From an uncultured virus (IMG/VR IMGVR_UViG_3300005201_000716) (Duplodnaviria > Heunggongvirae > Uroviricota > Caudoviricetes), in the IMG/VR virus record IMGVR_UViG_3300005201_000716: a stretch of DNA of 64,000 bases, one strand, 5' to 3'. Both the position numbers and the translations under genes were made by a program. The notes beneath the pieces were generated by a model that worked only from the letters and a program-made list of their open reading frames with translations, made no database searches and was not told the DNA's origin. Shown here in pieces: positions 1-10,202 of the stretch. How positions within the stretch are numbered: position 1 is the first letter of the stretch; each line of letters starts with the position of its first letter.

Positions 1-195
1 ATGAACCACACATTAAAAATCGGCGTTGGCAAAGAAACGCCGCCGGACGGTGGAATTGTTTACTGCCGCAAGGTATACGTCAGAGAGCGGCTGATGCGGT
101 TCCTACTCGGCGAAAAAAGGCGGCTGACGATTCTTGTGCCGGGGGACAGCGTGAAGAAGCTGTCGATTGTGGAGGAGGCTGATGAAAGTGGATAA
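1..195 (+). CDS. small conserved phage hypothetical protein (may begin at the window edge)
   Basis: 64-aa ORF overlapping the helicase start, as in a coupled operon. Confidence 0.7.
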   Translation: MNHTLKIGVGKETPPDGGIVYCRKVYVRERLMRFLLGEKRRLTILVPGDSVKKLSIVEEADESG

Positions 196-1612
196 ACCAA
201 TGCCCATCCGCGCCGCGCCGTATCAGCACCAACGCGAGGCCTACGGACTGGTATGTAGATTATTCGGTCTGGAGGGTGAGGAAAAGAGCCGTGGGGCGGC
301 TTTATTAATGGAAATGGGGACAGGCAAGACTATCACAAGCATCGCCATTACCGGCGCGCTGTATCAGGCCGGCAGAATTCGAAGGGTTCTTGTGGTAGCG
401 CCACTATCCATCGTAGGCGTGTGGGAGGAGGAATTCGCTAAGTTTGCGGACTTCGATTTTACCCTCGCCGTGCTGAACGGCTCCGGCGCCAAGAAAGTGG
501 ATACCCTCCGGCACCTTTCCGGCAAACCGCTGCAAGTGGCTGTTGTGAACTATGAGTCGGCTTGGCGGCTGGAAAAGGAAATCCTCGCTTGGAAACCTGA
601 ACTCATAATCGCCGACGAGGGACACAAGATTAAGACGCATAACATCGCTGCATCTAAGGCAATGCACCGGATTGGCGCGAAAGCGGCGTACAGGCTGCTT
701 CTCACCGGCACAGTTGTAACAAATAAGGCAGTGGATGTGTTCAGCCAGTACAAATTCCTGAATCCGGCGATTTTCGGAAACAGTTTTTATTCATTCAGGA
801 ACCGCTATTTCGATATGGTCGGCTATGGAAATCATACTCCAGTGTTGAAAAAAACAATGGCTGATGAACTCACGAAACGGCTGCACAGCATAGCGTTCCG
901 CGCAACAAAAGCCGAGTGCCTTGACCTGCCGGAAACGACGGACATCATCCGCTATGTGGAACTGGAAACGACCGCCGCGAAGGTGTACCGCGATTTAGTA
1001 AAGGATAGCTACAGCGAACTTGCCAATGGCGGCGAGGTTACCACAACTAATATCCTCACCCGCGTACTTCGGCTCTCACAGCTTACAGGCGGCTTCATCG
1101 GCGACGACAAGGGCAGCGCGACGAGAATCAGCGCGGCGAAACAAGCCGCGTTGGAGGACATCATTGAAGAAGCTCTGCAAGAGGATAAAAAACTGGTCAT
1201 CATCGCCCGCTTTGTGCCTGAAATCAAGGCTATATGCAAGTTACTGGAAAAGCGCGATATCGGCTACTCCTGCATTATGGGAGGTGTGACCGACCGCGAG
1301 AATCAGGTGAGCCGTTTCCAGACTGACCCGATGGTTCAGGTGTTTGTGGGACAGATTGCTACAGCGGGGCTTGGTATTACACTCACCGCCGCCAGCACGA
1401 TGGTTTTCTACAGCACAGATTACAGTATGAGCAATCACGAACAGGCGCGGGCGCGCATCCATCGTGTCGGGCAAAAGGAAAATTGTACTTACATTTACCT
1501 GACAGCCAAAGGCACGATTGACGAAAAAGTGCTGACGGCCCTAAGGGACAAAGCGGACTTGGCGCGGACACTGGTGGACGACTACCGACGCGGTGTCAAC
1601 CCATTCCAATGA
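182..1612 (+). CDS. SNF2-family (SF2) helicase
   Basis: Walker A MEMGTGKT, DEGH box, LLLTGT, C-terminal GLGITLT and QARARIHRVGQ motifs; ATG at 182 follows GGAGG. Confidence 0.93.
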   Translation: MKVDKPMPIRAAPYQHQREAYGLVCRLFGLEGEEKSRGAALLMEMGTGKTITSIAITGALYQAGRIRRVLVVAPLSIVGVWEEEFAKFADFDFTLAVLNGSGAKKVDTLRHLSGKPLQVAVVNYESAWRLEKEILAWKPELIIADEGHKIKTHNIAASKAMHRIGAKAAYRLLLTGTVVTNKAVDVFSQYKFLNPAIFGNSFYSFRNRYFDMVGYGNHTPVLKKTMADELTKRLHSIAFRATKAECLDLPETTDIIRYVELETTAAKVYRDLVKDSYSELANGGEVTTTNILTRVLRLSQLTGGFIGDDKGSATRISAAKQAALEDIIEEALQEDKKLVIIARFVPEIKAICKLLEKRDIGYSCIMGGVTDRENQVSRFQTDPMVQVFVGQIATAGLGITLTAASTMVFYSTDYSMSNHEQARARIHRVGQKENCTYIYLTAKGTIDEKVLTALRDKADLARTLVDDYRRGVNPFQ

Positions 1613-1624
1613 AAGGAGACACAT

Positions 1625-2053
1625 ATGGAAGAACTATTCACCCTTGCGGATAAACTCCGAGAACTGCGGGCCGAAAAAGACGATTTCACGGCGATGCTGA
1701 AAGACGTCAATTCCGAAATCGAAACCGTGGAACGGGAATTATCGGACGCGATGGCTATAGCTGAATGCCCGAATTTCACTCGTGGCGAAAAACAATTTAT
1801 CCTCACCACGACCACACGTTGGTCACCGGAAACGGAACGCAAGGAAGAACTCTACACCGTTTTGAAGAAGAATGGCTACGACCACCTTTTCACGGTGAAC
1901 CATCAAACCCTCGGCTCGTTTATACGCGAGCAGGTCGAGGAGACCGCCGACGATAACGGCGACACACATATTCCCGATTGGCTGATGGGCCTTGTCAAAA
2001 GCTACGACGACGTCGGGATAACAATGAAAACAGCATTCAAAAAATCTAAGTGA
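1625..2053 (+). CDS. phage hypothetical protein (N-terminal coiled coil)
   Basis: RBS AAGGAG, 142 aa, inside the replication operon. Confidence 0.75.
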   Translation: MEELFTLADKLRELRAEKDDFTAMLKDVNSEIETVERELSDAMAIAECPNFTRGEKQFILTTTTRWSPETERKEELYTVLKKNGYDHLFTVNHQTLGSFIREQVEETADDNGDTHIPDWLMGLVKSYDDVGITMKTAFKKSK

Positions 2054-2069
2054 TATGGAGGAAATTATT

Positions 2070-2858
2070 ATGGCTAACAGCAAAAACAACAAAAGCACCG
2101 CTCTCGCGGAAGTTAAAAAGACAGGGTATCTCACCCTTGCCGACACCGATTTCGGCGGCCTGATGGCGGAGGAACTGGAGGGGCTTGATATCAGCTTCGA
2201 GCGCATAAAAATACCCTCGGCCGGCAGCACCGTATTCGAGATGCCCGGAGAGGATGGTGAACCCGAAGCGGTCAAGGAGTTTTCAGCGGTCATCCTGTTC
2301 CATCACCCCTTGTTCTGCTACTACAAAACTAAGTACACAGGCGGCAACAACCCTCCGGACTGCGGCAGCTTTGACGGCGTCACCGGTATGGGCGACCCGG
2401 GCGGCAAATGCAAAAACTGCCCGCTCAATCAGTTTGGCACCGGCGAAAACGGAAGCAAGGCGTGTAAAAACCGCCGCCGCGTATATGTGCTACGGGAAGG
2501 TGAGGTATTCCCGCTCCTGCTTTCCCTGCCGACCGGCTCACTGAAGGAACTGACAAAATACCTGAAGCGGCTGCTTTCTAAAGGCAAGAAGTCAAACGCC
2601 TTTGTTACCCGCTTTTCACTCAAGAAAGCGACCAACAACAGCGGCGTAGTTTATTCGCAGGCGCAGTTTGTAATCGACCGGTCGCTTTCGCCGCAGGAGT
2701 ATGTCTTGATTGAAAAAATGTCCGCGCAGATTAAGTCGTACAGCAAAAGCGTAGCGTTTGATTATGATACCATCGCCGACGAGGTTATAGAGGATATAGC
2801 CGTCGACCCTGAAACCGGGGAACTGATCGAGCCGCTCGGAGGCGGCGCTGATGTATAG
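2070..2858 (+). CDS. phage replication protein, putative ssDNA-binding/annealing
   Basis: RBS GGAGG before ATG 2070; Cys cluster (CxxCP..ACK); acidic C-terminal tail VDPETGE; directly upstream of the polymerase. Confidence 0.6.
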   Translation: MANSKNNKSTALAEVKKTGYLTLADTDFGGLMAEELEGLDISFERIKIPSAGSTVFEMPGEDGEPEAVKEFSAVILFHHPLFCYYKTKYTGGNNPPDCGSFDGVTGMGDPGGKCKNCPLNQFGTGENGSKACKNRRRVYVLREGEVFPLLLSLPTGSLKELTKYLKRLLSKGKKSNAFVTRFSLKKATNNSGVVYSQAQFVIDRSLSPQEYVLIEKMSAQIKSYSKSVAFDYDTIADEVIEDIAVDPETGELIEPLGGGADV

Positions 2859-4761
2859 GGTAGTTACGGAGGTTGGAGAGGTACGCAAGTACCTCTCCGG
2901 CTCCCCCATCGTCTCGTTCGACTTTGAGACGGCTCCCGACGAACCGTACCGCTATGAGGAGCGCGCAGCGCTTGACCCGCATAAGTCTCACATCGTTGGC
3001 ATCAGTTTTTCTGTATCAGAGGGCAGTGCTATATATGCGCCGATAGCCCATCGCATTGGTGAGAACGCCGCTGCACCCGTAGAAATATGGAAGTGGCTGG
3101 CGGATAACATTTTCGCAAATAAAAAAGTGGTCAAAATCGCCCACAACCTCGCTTTTGAGAGCGCGTTCCTTTACGCCCGCGGTATTGTGCTTCAGCCGCC
3201 TGTTTATGACACCATCGCGGCAGCACAGATGACGCTGAAGAGCAATACCCGATTCCGTATCCTCGCCGACAGCGGTCTTAAAACCCTTGTGCCTGAACTG
3301 CTGGGCGTGGAATTACCGAGTTTCGCTGACGTGACCGACGATCGGAATTTCGATGAGTTTGACCCTGCCGATGTTGAAACTATCCGCTACGCCTGCGCCG
3401 ACGCTGATTTTACCCTGCGGCTTTATCATCTGTTTAACGCTTGGTTTGACCGCTGGCTTCCGAAGCATCGCTTCATTGTCGAGCAAGTGGAATCGCCAAC
3501 AGCGGTGTATGTAGGGCTGATGAAGTATAACGGCGTCCAAGTCGACGAAAGCATGATGAAGCAAAAAGCTGCTGAGTGCGAAGAACGGCTCGCCAAGCTC
3601 CGAGAAGAAATATCCTTTTTTATCGGAGACGTTAACATCGGCGCGAGCTGCTCAACATCGGCGTTCAAGAAGTATTTGTACGAGGACTTGAAATTGCCGG
3701 TGCTGAAGACCACGGCAAAGTATCAGGAAGCCGCCGACGATGAGACGCTTGTATTACTCAAGGAATGGTGCGAAACAAACCGTCCCGACCTCGTGCCGCT
3801 GTTCAAACTGGTGCAGGATTACCGCCGTTGGGGGAAAGTCAAGTCCACTTATATCGATGGCTACGCGCAGCATATAAACAGTGCCACCGGCCGTATACAC
3901 GCTGACCTATTTCCGCTCGGTACCGAGACGGGACGGTTTGCCTGCCGTAGGCCAAATTTGCAAAATTGTCCCCGCGCCGGAGCGGATGATATCGGAGTTC
4001 GTAACTTCTTTACCGCTCCGGATGGCAAGGTTTTACTGTCCCTCGACTTTTCGCAAATAGAACTCCGCGTCGGCGCGTTTTACTGCCGAGATGAGAAGAT
4101 GCTCGAAACCTACCGCGTCGGCGGCGACATCCACGACCAGACAGCTACAGTTATATTCGGTGAAGGCAAGCACGATAAAGAACAGCGTACCATAGCAAAG
4201 AACGTGAATTTCGGGACATTCTTCGGGCTGTTCCCGCGCGGACTTCAGCGGACGCTGAAATTTAAAGCGGGGCTGAATGTCACGATGGAACAGTGCGAAA
4301 AAGTCATCGCCAACATCAAAGCCGGTTATCCGGCACTCACCCGATGGCAGGAAAGCGCAAAGGATCACGCAAGGGCACAGAGGTACACCGAAACATGGCT
4401 CGGACGGCGGCGCTATCTGCCGGACATCGTTTCACGGGACTGGGGTAAAAGGTCATTTGCCGAGCGGTGCGCATTAAACAGTCCGATTCAAGGCTCCGCT
4501 GCTGACATTTTGAAATTGGCGCTCGGCAGGATTATCGCTGGGCTTCCCGAAAGGCCGTGGCTGAAGCCGCTATTGCAAATACACGACGAGTTGGTGTTTG
4601 AGGTGCCGGAAGACAGGGTTAATGAAGCCGTGGAGTTTATCAAGGCTTGCATGGAAACACAGCCTTTCCCGGATTTTGATATTCCGATTATTGCCGATGC
4701 CGCCGTTGGTGCGCGTTTCGGCGAGTTAAATGATTTTAAAGAGGAGGACAAAACATTATGA
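2851..4761 (+). CDS. family A DNA polymerase with 3'-5' exonuclease
   Basis: Exo motifs DFET, AHNLAFE, YACADAD; pol motifs TETGRF, DFSQIELRV, RTIAKNVNFG, QIHDELVFE. Confidence 0.95.
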   Translation: MYRVVTEVGEVRKYLSGSPIVSFDFETAPDEPYRYEERAALDPHKSHIVGISFSVSEGSAIYAPIAHRIGENAAAPVEIWKWLADNIFANKKVVKIAHNLAFESAFLYARGIVLQPPVYDTIAAAQMTLKSNTRFRILADSGLKTLVPELLGVELPSFADVTDDRNFDEFDPADVETIRYACADADFTLRLYHLFNAWFDRWLPKHRFIVEQVESPTAVYVGLMKYNGVQVDESMMKQKAAECEERLAKLREEISFFIGDVNIGASCSTSAFKKYLYEDLKLPVLKTTAKYQEAADDETLVLLKEWCETNRPDLVPLFKLVQDYRRWGKVKSTYIDGYAQHINSATGRIHADLFPLGTETGRFACRRPNLQNCPRAGADDIGVRNFFTAPDGKVLLSLDFSQIELRVGAFYCRDEKMLETYRVGGDIHDQTATVIFGEGKHDKEQRTIAKNVNFGTFFGLFPRGLQRTLKFKAGLNVTMEQCEKVIANIKAGYPALTRWQESAKDHARAQRYTETWLGRRRYLPDIVSRDWGKRSFAERCALNSPIQGSAADILKLALGRIIAGLPERPWLKPLLQIHDELVFEVPEDRVNEAVEFIKACMETQPFPDFDIPIIADAAVGARFGELNDFKEEDKTL

Positions 4762-5825
4762 AAACAGGAAGAACATTACAGGACTTGGCGGCTGAACTTG
4801 ACCGTCAGGCGAAATCGAAGCGGGATTTTATCGTGTCCAGAGACGCGATGCAAATGGAGGACGGCGCTGAGATATTCAATCTGTACCGATCAATAGAAAG
4901 CGATATGCGCGAGGTTGAGCCGTTTAATATGACCGATTTATTTCACCGTCAGATGGGCGCGTCGCTCGGCATACCGGCTAAGTATTACGACAAAATGCGG
5001 ACTGAGTACCCGGAACTGCTGGCGCAGAATGTCAACGGTTGGTTCGGCCAGGAGCAAAGCCGCCACACCATCCGCACATTGGACGGCACGGCGCGGGCTT
5101 ACCTCTCCGACCGTTATCGCCGCATTGACAATTACGACATCGCAAAGGCCACCCTCCCCGTCATCGGCGAGATGCCCGACGCGAAGGTGGAAAGCTGCGA
5201 GGTCACAGATAACAGGATGTATTTGAAAGTCGTCAACCCACGTCTTGAGGCCGAGGTGAACAAGGGAGACATCGTACAGGCCGGAATTATGATAAGCAAC
5301 TCCGAAGTCGGGCTTGGCAGCGTGACAGTGATGCCGCTGGTCTACCGCTTGGTGTGCCTTAACGGAATGATTGTAAACGACCTCGGTCAGCGCAAATATC
5401 ACATCGGCCGTGAACTTGAGGAATCGTGGGAATTATTCAGCGATGAAACGCTCCAAGCCGACGACGCGGCATTTATGCTGAAGCTGGCCGACATCGTCCG
5501 GACGGCGGTGGACGAGGCGAAATTCGGTATGGTGGTTGACAAGCTACGGCAGGCCGCCGAGGTTCGCATAACTGGCCATGTACCGGAGGTTGTGGAGCTT
5601 ACCGCCAAGCAGTACGGTTTCACTAAGTCTGAGGAAACCGATATTCTGCAACATCTCATATCGGGCGGCGACCTCTCGCTTTACGGACTGTCCGGCGCCG
5701 TTACCCGCGCTTCGCAGGACGTGGCGGATTACGACCGCGCCACAACGCTTGAGAATGTCGGATGGCAGATAGCTACGATGCCCGCTGAATTGTGGCAGAC
5801 GGTTAACGGGGGTGCAGTAGCATGA
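4758..5825 (+). CDS. DUF932/DUF945-like phage protein
   Basis: ARAYLSDRYRRIDN, GIMISNSEVG and YRLVCLNGM motifs typical of the family. Confidence 0.8.
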   Translation: MKTGRTLQDLAAELDRQAKSKRDFIVSRDAMQMEDGAEIFNLYRSIESDMREVEPFNMTDLFHRQMGASLGIPAKYYDKMRTEYPELLAQNVNGWFGQEQSRHTIRTLDGTARAYLSDRYRRIDNYDIAKATLPVIGEMPDAKVESCEVTDNRMYLKVVNPRLEAEVNKGDIVQAGIMISNSEVGLGSVTVMPLVYRLVCLNGMIVNDLGQRKYHIGRELEESWELFSDETLQADDAAFMLKLADIVRTAVDEAKFGMVVDKLRQAAEVRITGHVPEVVELTAKQYGFTKSEETDILQHLISGGDLSLYGLSGAVTRASQDVADYDRATTLENVGWQIATMPAELWQTVNGGAVA

Positions 5826-6268
5826 ACAAGAACCCAACTCTCAACACCTCCGGCTGCAAGGATATGACAGCCTATGAAGCGATAAGCAATGTCAGCCGCG
5901 CCGAAAAAACCGAGGCGGGCTATAAGCCGGAGCCGCCGATGATTTATATCTGCAGCCCGCTTGCGGGAGATATAGAAACAAATGTGGCAAACGCGCTGAA
6001 ATACTGCCGTTTTGCCGTAGAACACGGTTATTTTCCGATAGCCCCTCACTGTTACCTACCCCGTTTTATGAACGATGGCGACCCCGCAGAGCGCGAGCTT
6101 GCTATGTCATTCGGGCTTCGGCTGTTATCCGGATGCCGCGAGTTGTGGATATTCGGCTCCCGCTTATCCGAGGGGATGAAGCGTGAAGTCCTCGCCGCGA
6201 AATGGCGCGGTATAAAAATCAAGCAATTTAGCGAGAAAATAAAAAAACAGAGGAGGGATTTGCAATGA
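5822..6268 (+). CDS. DUF4406-like / nucleoside deoxyribosyltransferase-like protein
   Basis: IYICSPLAG, PIAPH, CRELWIFG..SEGM..E motifs. Confidence 0.75.
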   Translation: MNKNPTLNTSGCKDMTAYEAISNVSRAEKTEAGYKPEPPMIYICSPLAGDIETNVANALKYCRFAVEHGYFPIAPHCYLPRFMNDGDPAERELAMSFGLRLLSGCRELWIFGSRLSEGMKREVLAAKWRGIKIKQFSEKIKKQRRDLQ

Positions 6269-6371
6269 ATAATAACGCAAATATCACGAATCAGCGCATT
6301 GAGCTCATCACGCTGAACAAAATCGTGCCAAGCGGGATATTGGCTTGGCGCTAACTGGAGGTACAAGTGAA

Positions 6372-8873
6372 ATGAATAATGCGATTAACATACCTTTAGA
6401 CCATTTTCTTTCCTGTTTTTTCGACGCCGATGAAACTGTATGCATACGGGTGTTCGATGACAAAAAGACCGGCACCTTCAAGGGCGCGAAGCTGCGGTGT
6501 GAAGCCGGGAAAATTAATTCTCTTGATGAAACGCTCCGCAAGCATAACGCCCAGAACCGCGGTATCTTCTTCGTGGTCAACTTCGGCGGCGACGGCGATG
6601 CTGAGATCAACCGGATTAACGCCGTGTTCGTGGAAAGCGACAGCCTGTCCGTCGCAGAACAGATCAGTCAGCTTGAGATGTTCCCTCTACCGCCGTCTCT
6701 GATGGTGAGGACAGCGAAGTCGGTACACGCTTACTGGCTCGTCAAAGACGTGGATGTGCGGGACTTCCGGCGTTTACAAAAGAAGCTGATCACCCAGTTC
6801 GACGGCGACGCGTCCTGTATCAACGAGAGCCGTGTACTTCGCTTGCCGGGCTTCAATCATTGCAAAGGCGAGCCTGTTATGGTGGATTGCATCAAATTCG
6901 CGCCGGAACTGCGCTACACGAAAGCGCAGCTTGAAGCCGCACTGCCGCAAATCCCCGATGAGCCGGATAATGTTGCTGGTACCGCTCCCGCTCCTAAAGG
7001 AAATCGAAAGGGCCTGAATCAAGTCGGCAAGAGATGTGACTTTATACAGCATTGTAAGGATAACGCTGCGGCGCTCCCCGAAAATCTGTGGTATGCGATG
7101 ATAACAAACCTCGCCGTGTTCGAGGACGGTGACCGGGTGATACATACGATGTCAAAACCGTACCCGAAATATAACTACGTTGAAACACAGGACAAAATCG
7201 CACATTTTATGGGTTCCGGCACAAAGCCCATGACTTGCGCAAAAATAGCCGAGTATGGTTTTAAGTGTCCGAAATTAGAACAAGGCGGCTGCGACTGCAA
7301 ATCCCCCGCCGCGCTGTGCTATAAACCCTTGACGGCGGAGGAACTTTTGATTTCTTTGAATTCGTTTGATATTCCGGCCTCTCCGATTGAAAAAACTAAA
7401 ATAATCAAAGAATTCATACAGGATTATTTATACAACATAGAGCCGGTCATCGCGGGGACGATTATCAATCACGATGTCAAAACGCGGTTTAACCTCAAGG
7501 CCGGCGACGTTGTCCCGCTAATAAGGATGCACCGTGATATATATAAAAAATACGCCGACAGCAAGGAAACGCGCCGCGAGACAGAGGGCGCGGAGCTTCC
7601 CGACTGGTACGAGCCGACTGAGCGCGGCGGTCTGCGTTTTCTGCCGAGCATCCTCGCCGACCATATGACGAAGAACGTTGCGGCGTTCTACGGCGCCGGA
7701 AGCTATTATTTCTACGACCACGGCGTGTACGAACCGCGCGAGGATTTAGCCGCTTTCGCTGCGGCGCGCTCTTTTATGCTCAAGACCGCAAAGGCCAGTG
7801 AAATCAGCGATGCCGAAAAGCAATGGCGCTCCGCTATCCGAAAGCAAGTGCGTGAAATCAACGCCAACCCGTTCATTGTCAATGTCAAAAACGGCCTGTT
7901 TAACGTGCTTGACGGCTCATTCAAGCCGCATACGGCGGAGTATTACTCAACCGTGCAGATTAACGCAAACTATGACCCGACGGCCAAATACCCTCGGTTT
8001 ACGGCGTTTCTGTCAAGCATTCTGCCTGAAAGTGAAATCCCGTTGATACAGGAGATATTCGGCTATCTGCTTATACCCGTAAACAAGGCGCAGAAATCCT
8101 TTGTGTTCGTGGGCGCGCCCAACGCGGGGAAAAGTACGCTGCTCTCCATAGCGCAGGACATTTTACTTGGCTCGGACAATGTCAGCAACATACCGTGGCA
8201 GGCCCTCGGTGATCGGTTCAACAAAGCTGAGTTATTCGGCAAACTGGCTAACATATTCGCCGACTTGCCGAGTAAAAACATTGACGATGGCGGGATGTTC
8301 AAGTCGCTTACAGGCGAGGACAGCATTTCGGCGGAGCGGAAAAACAAAGACCCGTTCAATTTTCGGCCCTACGCGCGGCTGTTGTTTTCCTGTAACGATA
8401 TACCAAAGAACTACGCCGACAGGAGCGACGGCTTCTACCGCAGGCTCATTATTGTCCGCTTCGATAAGCCTGTGCCGCAGAATAAGCGCGACCCTAACAT
8501 CCGCGAGCGCATCGCCGCTGAAGCGGACGGCATTCTTGCTTGGGCTTTGGAAGGGTTGCGCCGCCTTATGGGCAATAACTATATCTTTGCCGAAACCGAG
8601 CGTACAAATACCGAGATACAGCGGTACAAGGTGGAAAGCAACTCCGCGCTTATGTTCCTTGAGGAATGCTGCGAGGTCATCGAGGACGCGGAGTGCGTCC
8701 GCGAGGCACTGTTCGAGCGTTATCGGGATTATTGTTTCAAAAATGGCTTGAAGCCGATGTCGCAGACCAATTTTAACCGCGACGTGGAAGCGTCGGACGA
8801 GCGTATAACGCGCGCTGTCGATAAAATCGGGAAGCGGCGGACGTGGCGCGGGGTAAGCCTTATTGACGTTTGA
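6372..8873 (+). CDS. primase-helicase (RepB-type primase N-terminus, D5/P4-family SF3 helicase C-terminus)
   Basis: SVHAYW and RVLRLPGFNH primase motifs; Walker A GAPNAGKS; FKSLTGED, FSCN, GFYRRLIIVRF; RBS GGAGGT before ATG 6372. Confidence 0.92.
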   Translation: MNNAINIPLDHFLSCFFDADETVCIRVFDDKKTGTFKGAKLRCEAGKINSLDETLRKHNAQNRGIFFVVNFGGDGDAEINRINAVFVESDSLSVAEQISQLEMFPLPPSLMVRTAKSVHAYWLVKDVDVRDFRRLQKKLITQFDGDASCINESRVLRLPGFNHCKGEPVMVDCIKFAPELRYTKAQLEAALPQIPDEPDNVAGTAPAPKGNRKGLNQVGKRCDFIQHCKDNAAALPENLWYAMITNLAVFEDGDRVIHTMSKPYPKYNYVETQDKIAHFMGSGTKPMTCAKIAEYGFKCPKLEQGGCDCKSPAALCYKPLTAEELLISLNSFDIPASPIEKTKIIKEFIQDYLYNIEPVIAGTIINHDVKTRFNLKAGDVVPLIRMHRDIYKKYADSKETRRETEGAELPDWYEPTERGGLRFLPSILADHMTKNVAAFYGAGSYYFYDHGVYEPREDLAAFAAARSFMLKTAKASEISDAEKQWRSAIRKQVREINANPFIVNVKNGLFNVLDGSFKPHTAEYYSTVQINANYDPTAKYPRFTAFLSSILPESEIPLIQEIFGYLLIPVNKAQKSFVFVGAPNAGKSTLLSIAQDILLGSDNVSNIPWQALGDRFNKAELFGKLANIFADLPSKNIDDGGMFKSLTGEDSISAERKNKDPFNFRPYARLLFSCNDIPKNYADRSDGFYRRLIIVRFDKPVPQNKRDPNIRERIAAEADGILAWALEGLRRLMGNNYIFAETERTNTEIQRYKVESNSALMFLEECCEVIEDAECVREALFERYRDYCFKNGLKPMSQTNFNRDVEASDERITRAVDKIGKRRTWRGVSLIDV

Positions 8874-9046
8874 CGGGTTTGACGGGTTTTTGACGGGTTT
8901 GAGTTTGGACTATGCGCCGTGTTCACAGGCTTTTGACGGGTTTGACGAGTTTTTTCTATTTTTTGCGCAAGTCCAGAGGGGTGAGTGCATAAGAAAAAAT
9001 TTAACTTATATATAAGGAGTGGAAATTTCCTGTCAAACCCGTCAAA
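8869..9046. repeat. iteron-like TTTGACGGG repeats, probable replication origin
   Basis: TTTGACGGG at 8869, 8878, 8889, 8932 and variant at 8941; inverted copies CCTGTCAAA/CCCGTCAAA at 9029-9046; AT-rich palindrome CTTATATATAAG between them. Confidence 0.7.
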
Positions 9047-9064
9047 TTTTAAGGGGTATGTTTT

Positions 9065-9349
9065 ATGGCCGAGAAGGACATCACCAACGCAATAATGCGA
9101 TATTTAAAGACCGTTCCTTGCTGCTTTTGCTGGAAACAGCACGGCGGGCAATACGGGACGGCCGGCTTGCCCGATATAATACTTTGCTTTAACGGGCGCT
9201 TCGTGGCGTTTGAGGTAAAGACGCCATCGGGCAAGCTAACTAAGCTACAAGAGACTACGATAACAAAGATTATAGCCGCAAAGGGCGAAGCCTTCAAAGT
9301 TACAAGTGTCGAAGAGGTCAGGGAGATTATTAAAAACCTTAACACTTGA
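9065..9349 (+). CDS. VRR-NUC domain nuclease
   Basis: EKDI, GLPDI, AFEVKTP..G..T.LQ motifs. Confidence 0.9.
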   Translation: MAEKDITNAIMRYLKTVPCCFCWKQHGGQYGTAGLPDIILCFNGRFVAFEVKTPSGKLTKLQETTITKIIAAKGEAFKVTSVEEVREIIKNLNT

Positions 9350-9365
9350 ACAGGAGGAATCCCTT

Positions 9366-9569
9366 ATGGATAAACATATACGTTGTATCAGTTGCCGCTT
9401 CGCACGGCCTGATAAGAAAGCGAGCGATAGAGGCTGGACGGCTTATGAGTGTGGTAACCCTGAAAGCGAGTACCACAAAGCCTTGTTGAATGTTACCCCC
9501 ACCGGTGAAAAACAGTACAGGATAACTTGGAGTGGGTGCGAGTATGGCGAGAGGAGGGAAAAGCGATGA
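9366..9569 (+). CDS. small Cys-rich hypothetical protein
   Basis: RBS AGGAGG; CxxC...C...C. Confidence 0.7.
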   Translation: MDKHIRCISCRFARPDKKASDRGWTAYECGNPESEYHKALLNVTPTGEKQYRITWSGCEYGERREKR

Positions 9570-10006
9570 CGGCTTACGAAAAAACAAGTGAAGTAATCTC
9601 CGCAATTAAAAAATATGACAATATGCGTGACATCGTGGCAAGTACGCCCGATGAAATAAAAGCGCATTACGACAGGCTCACCGCTCCGCATACTCCTGTA
9701 CTCGACGGAATGCCGAAAACACACAATCCTAATTCCGGAGAAGTAAGGCTTGTTAACGGTCTTGATTTAATCAACACAATTCAAGAGCGTTTCAGGAACG
9801 CGCAACTCTTCGTGGAGTGGTTCGAACCGATGTGGAATGCGTTGTCGACTGATGAACGACGGTTGCTCGAAACATATAAGCATACGGATGTCTATGCCGG
9901 TTCAATAGCGGAGCTTACGTCAGAATTTAGTTATTCCTCTCGTCAACTGCGTCGTGTCAGGCAAAAGGCGTTACGACGTTTGGAAATACTGCTGTACGGT
10001 TATTAA
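9566..10006 (+). CDS. RinA/ArpU-like late transcriptional activator (sigma-70 region 4-like C-terminus)
   Basis: WFEPMWNALSTDERRLLE and C-terminal HTH-like RRVRQKALRRL..LLYG; last gene before the packaging module. Confidence 0.75.
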   Translation: MTAYEKTSEVISAIKKYDNMRDIVASTPDEIKAHYDRLTAPHTPVLDGMPKTHNPNSGEVRLVNGLDLINTIQERFRNAQLFVEWFEPMWNALSTDERRLLETYKHTDVYAGSIAELTSEFSYSSRQLRRVRQKALRRLEILLYGY

Positions 10007-10007
10007 G

Positions 10008-10089
10008 TGTCCGCAATTGTCCGAAACGTGTCCGAAATATGTCCGCGCAAGTCACAGACAATTGACATCGCACATATTATACTTACAAT
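10008..10089 (+). promoter_or_regulatory. putative late promoter with four phased TGTCCG activator boxes
   Basis: TGTCCG at 10008, 10018, 10029, 10040; TTGACA (10062)-16 bp-TACAAT (10084). Confidence 0.65.
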
Positions 10090-10109
10090 AGCGAATATTA
10101 TATAAAGCC

Positions 10110-10141
10110 AAAGCCGCTGCGGGAAACCGAGCGGCTTTTTC
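10110..10141 (+). terminator. intrinsic terminator-like hairpin
   Basis: AAAGCCGCT(G)CGG-GAAA-CCGAGCGGCTTTTT. Confidence 0.7.
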
Positions 10142-10202
10142 TATGCGAAAGGTGGTTCCGTGTTACACTTGTATCATGAAAATATAGCAAAAGCAGAGGA
10201 GG

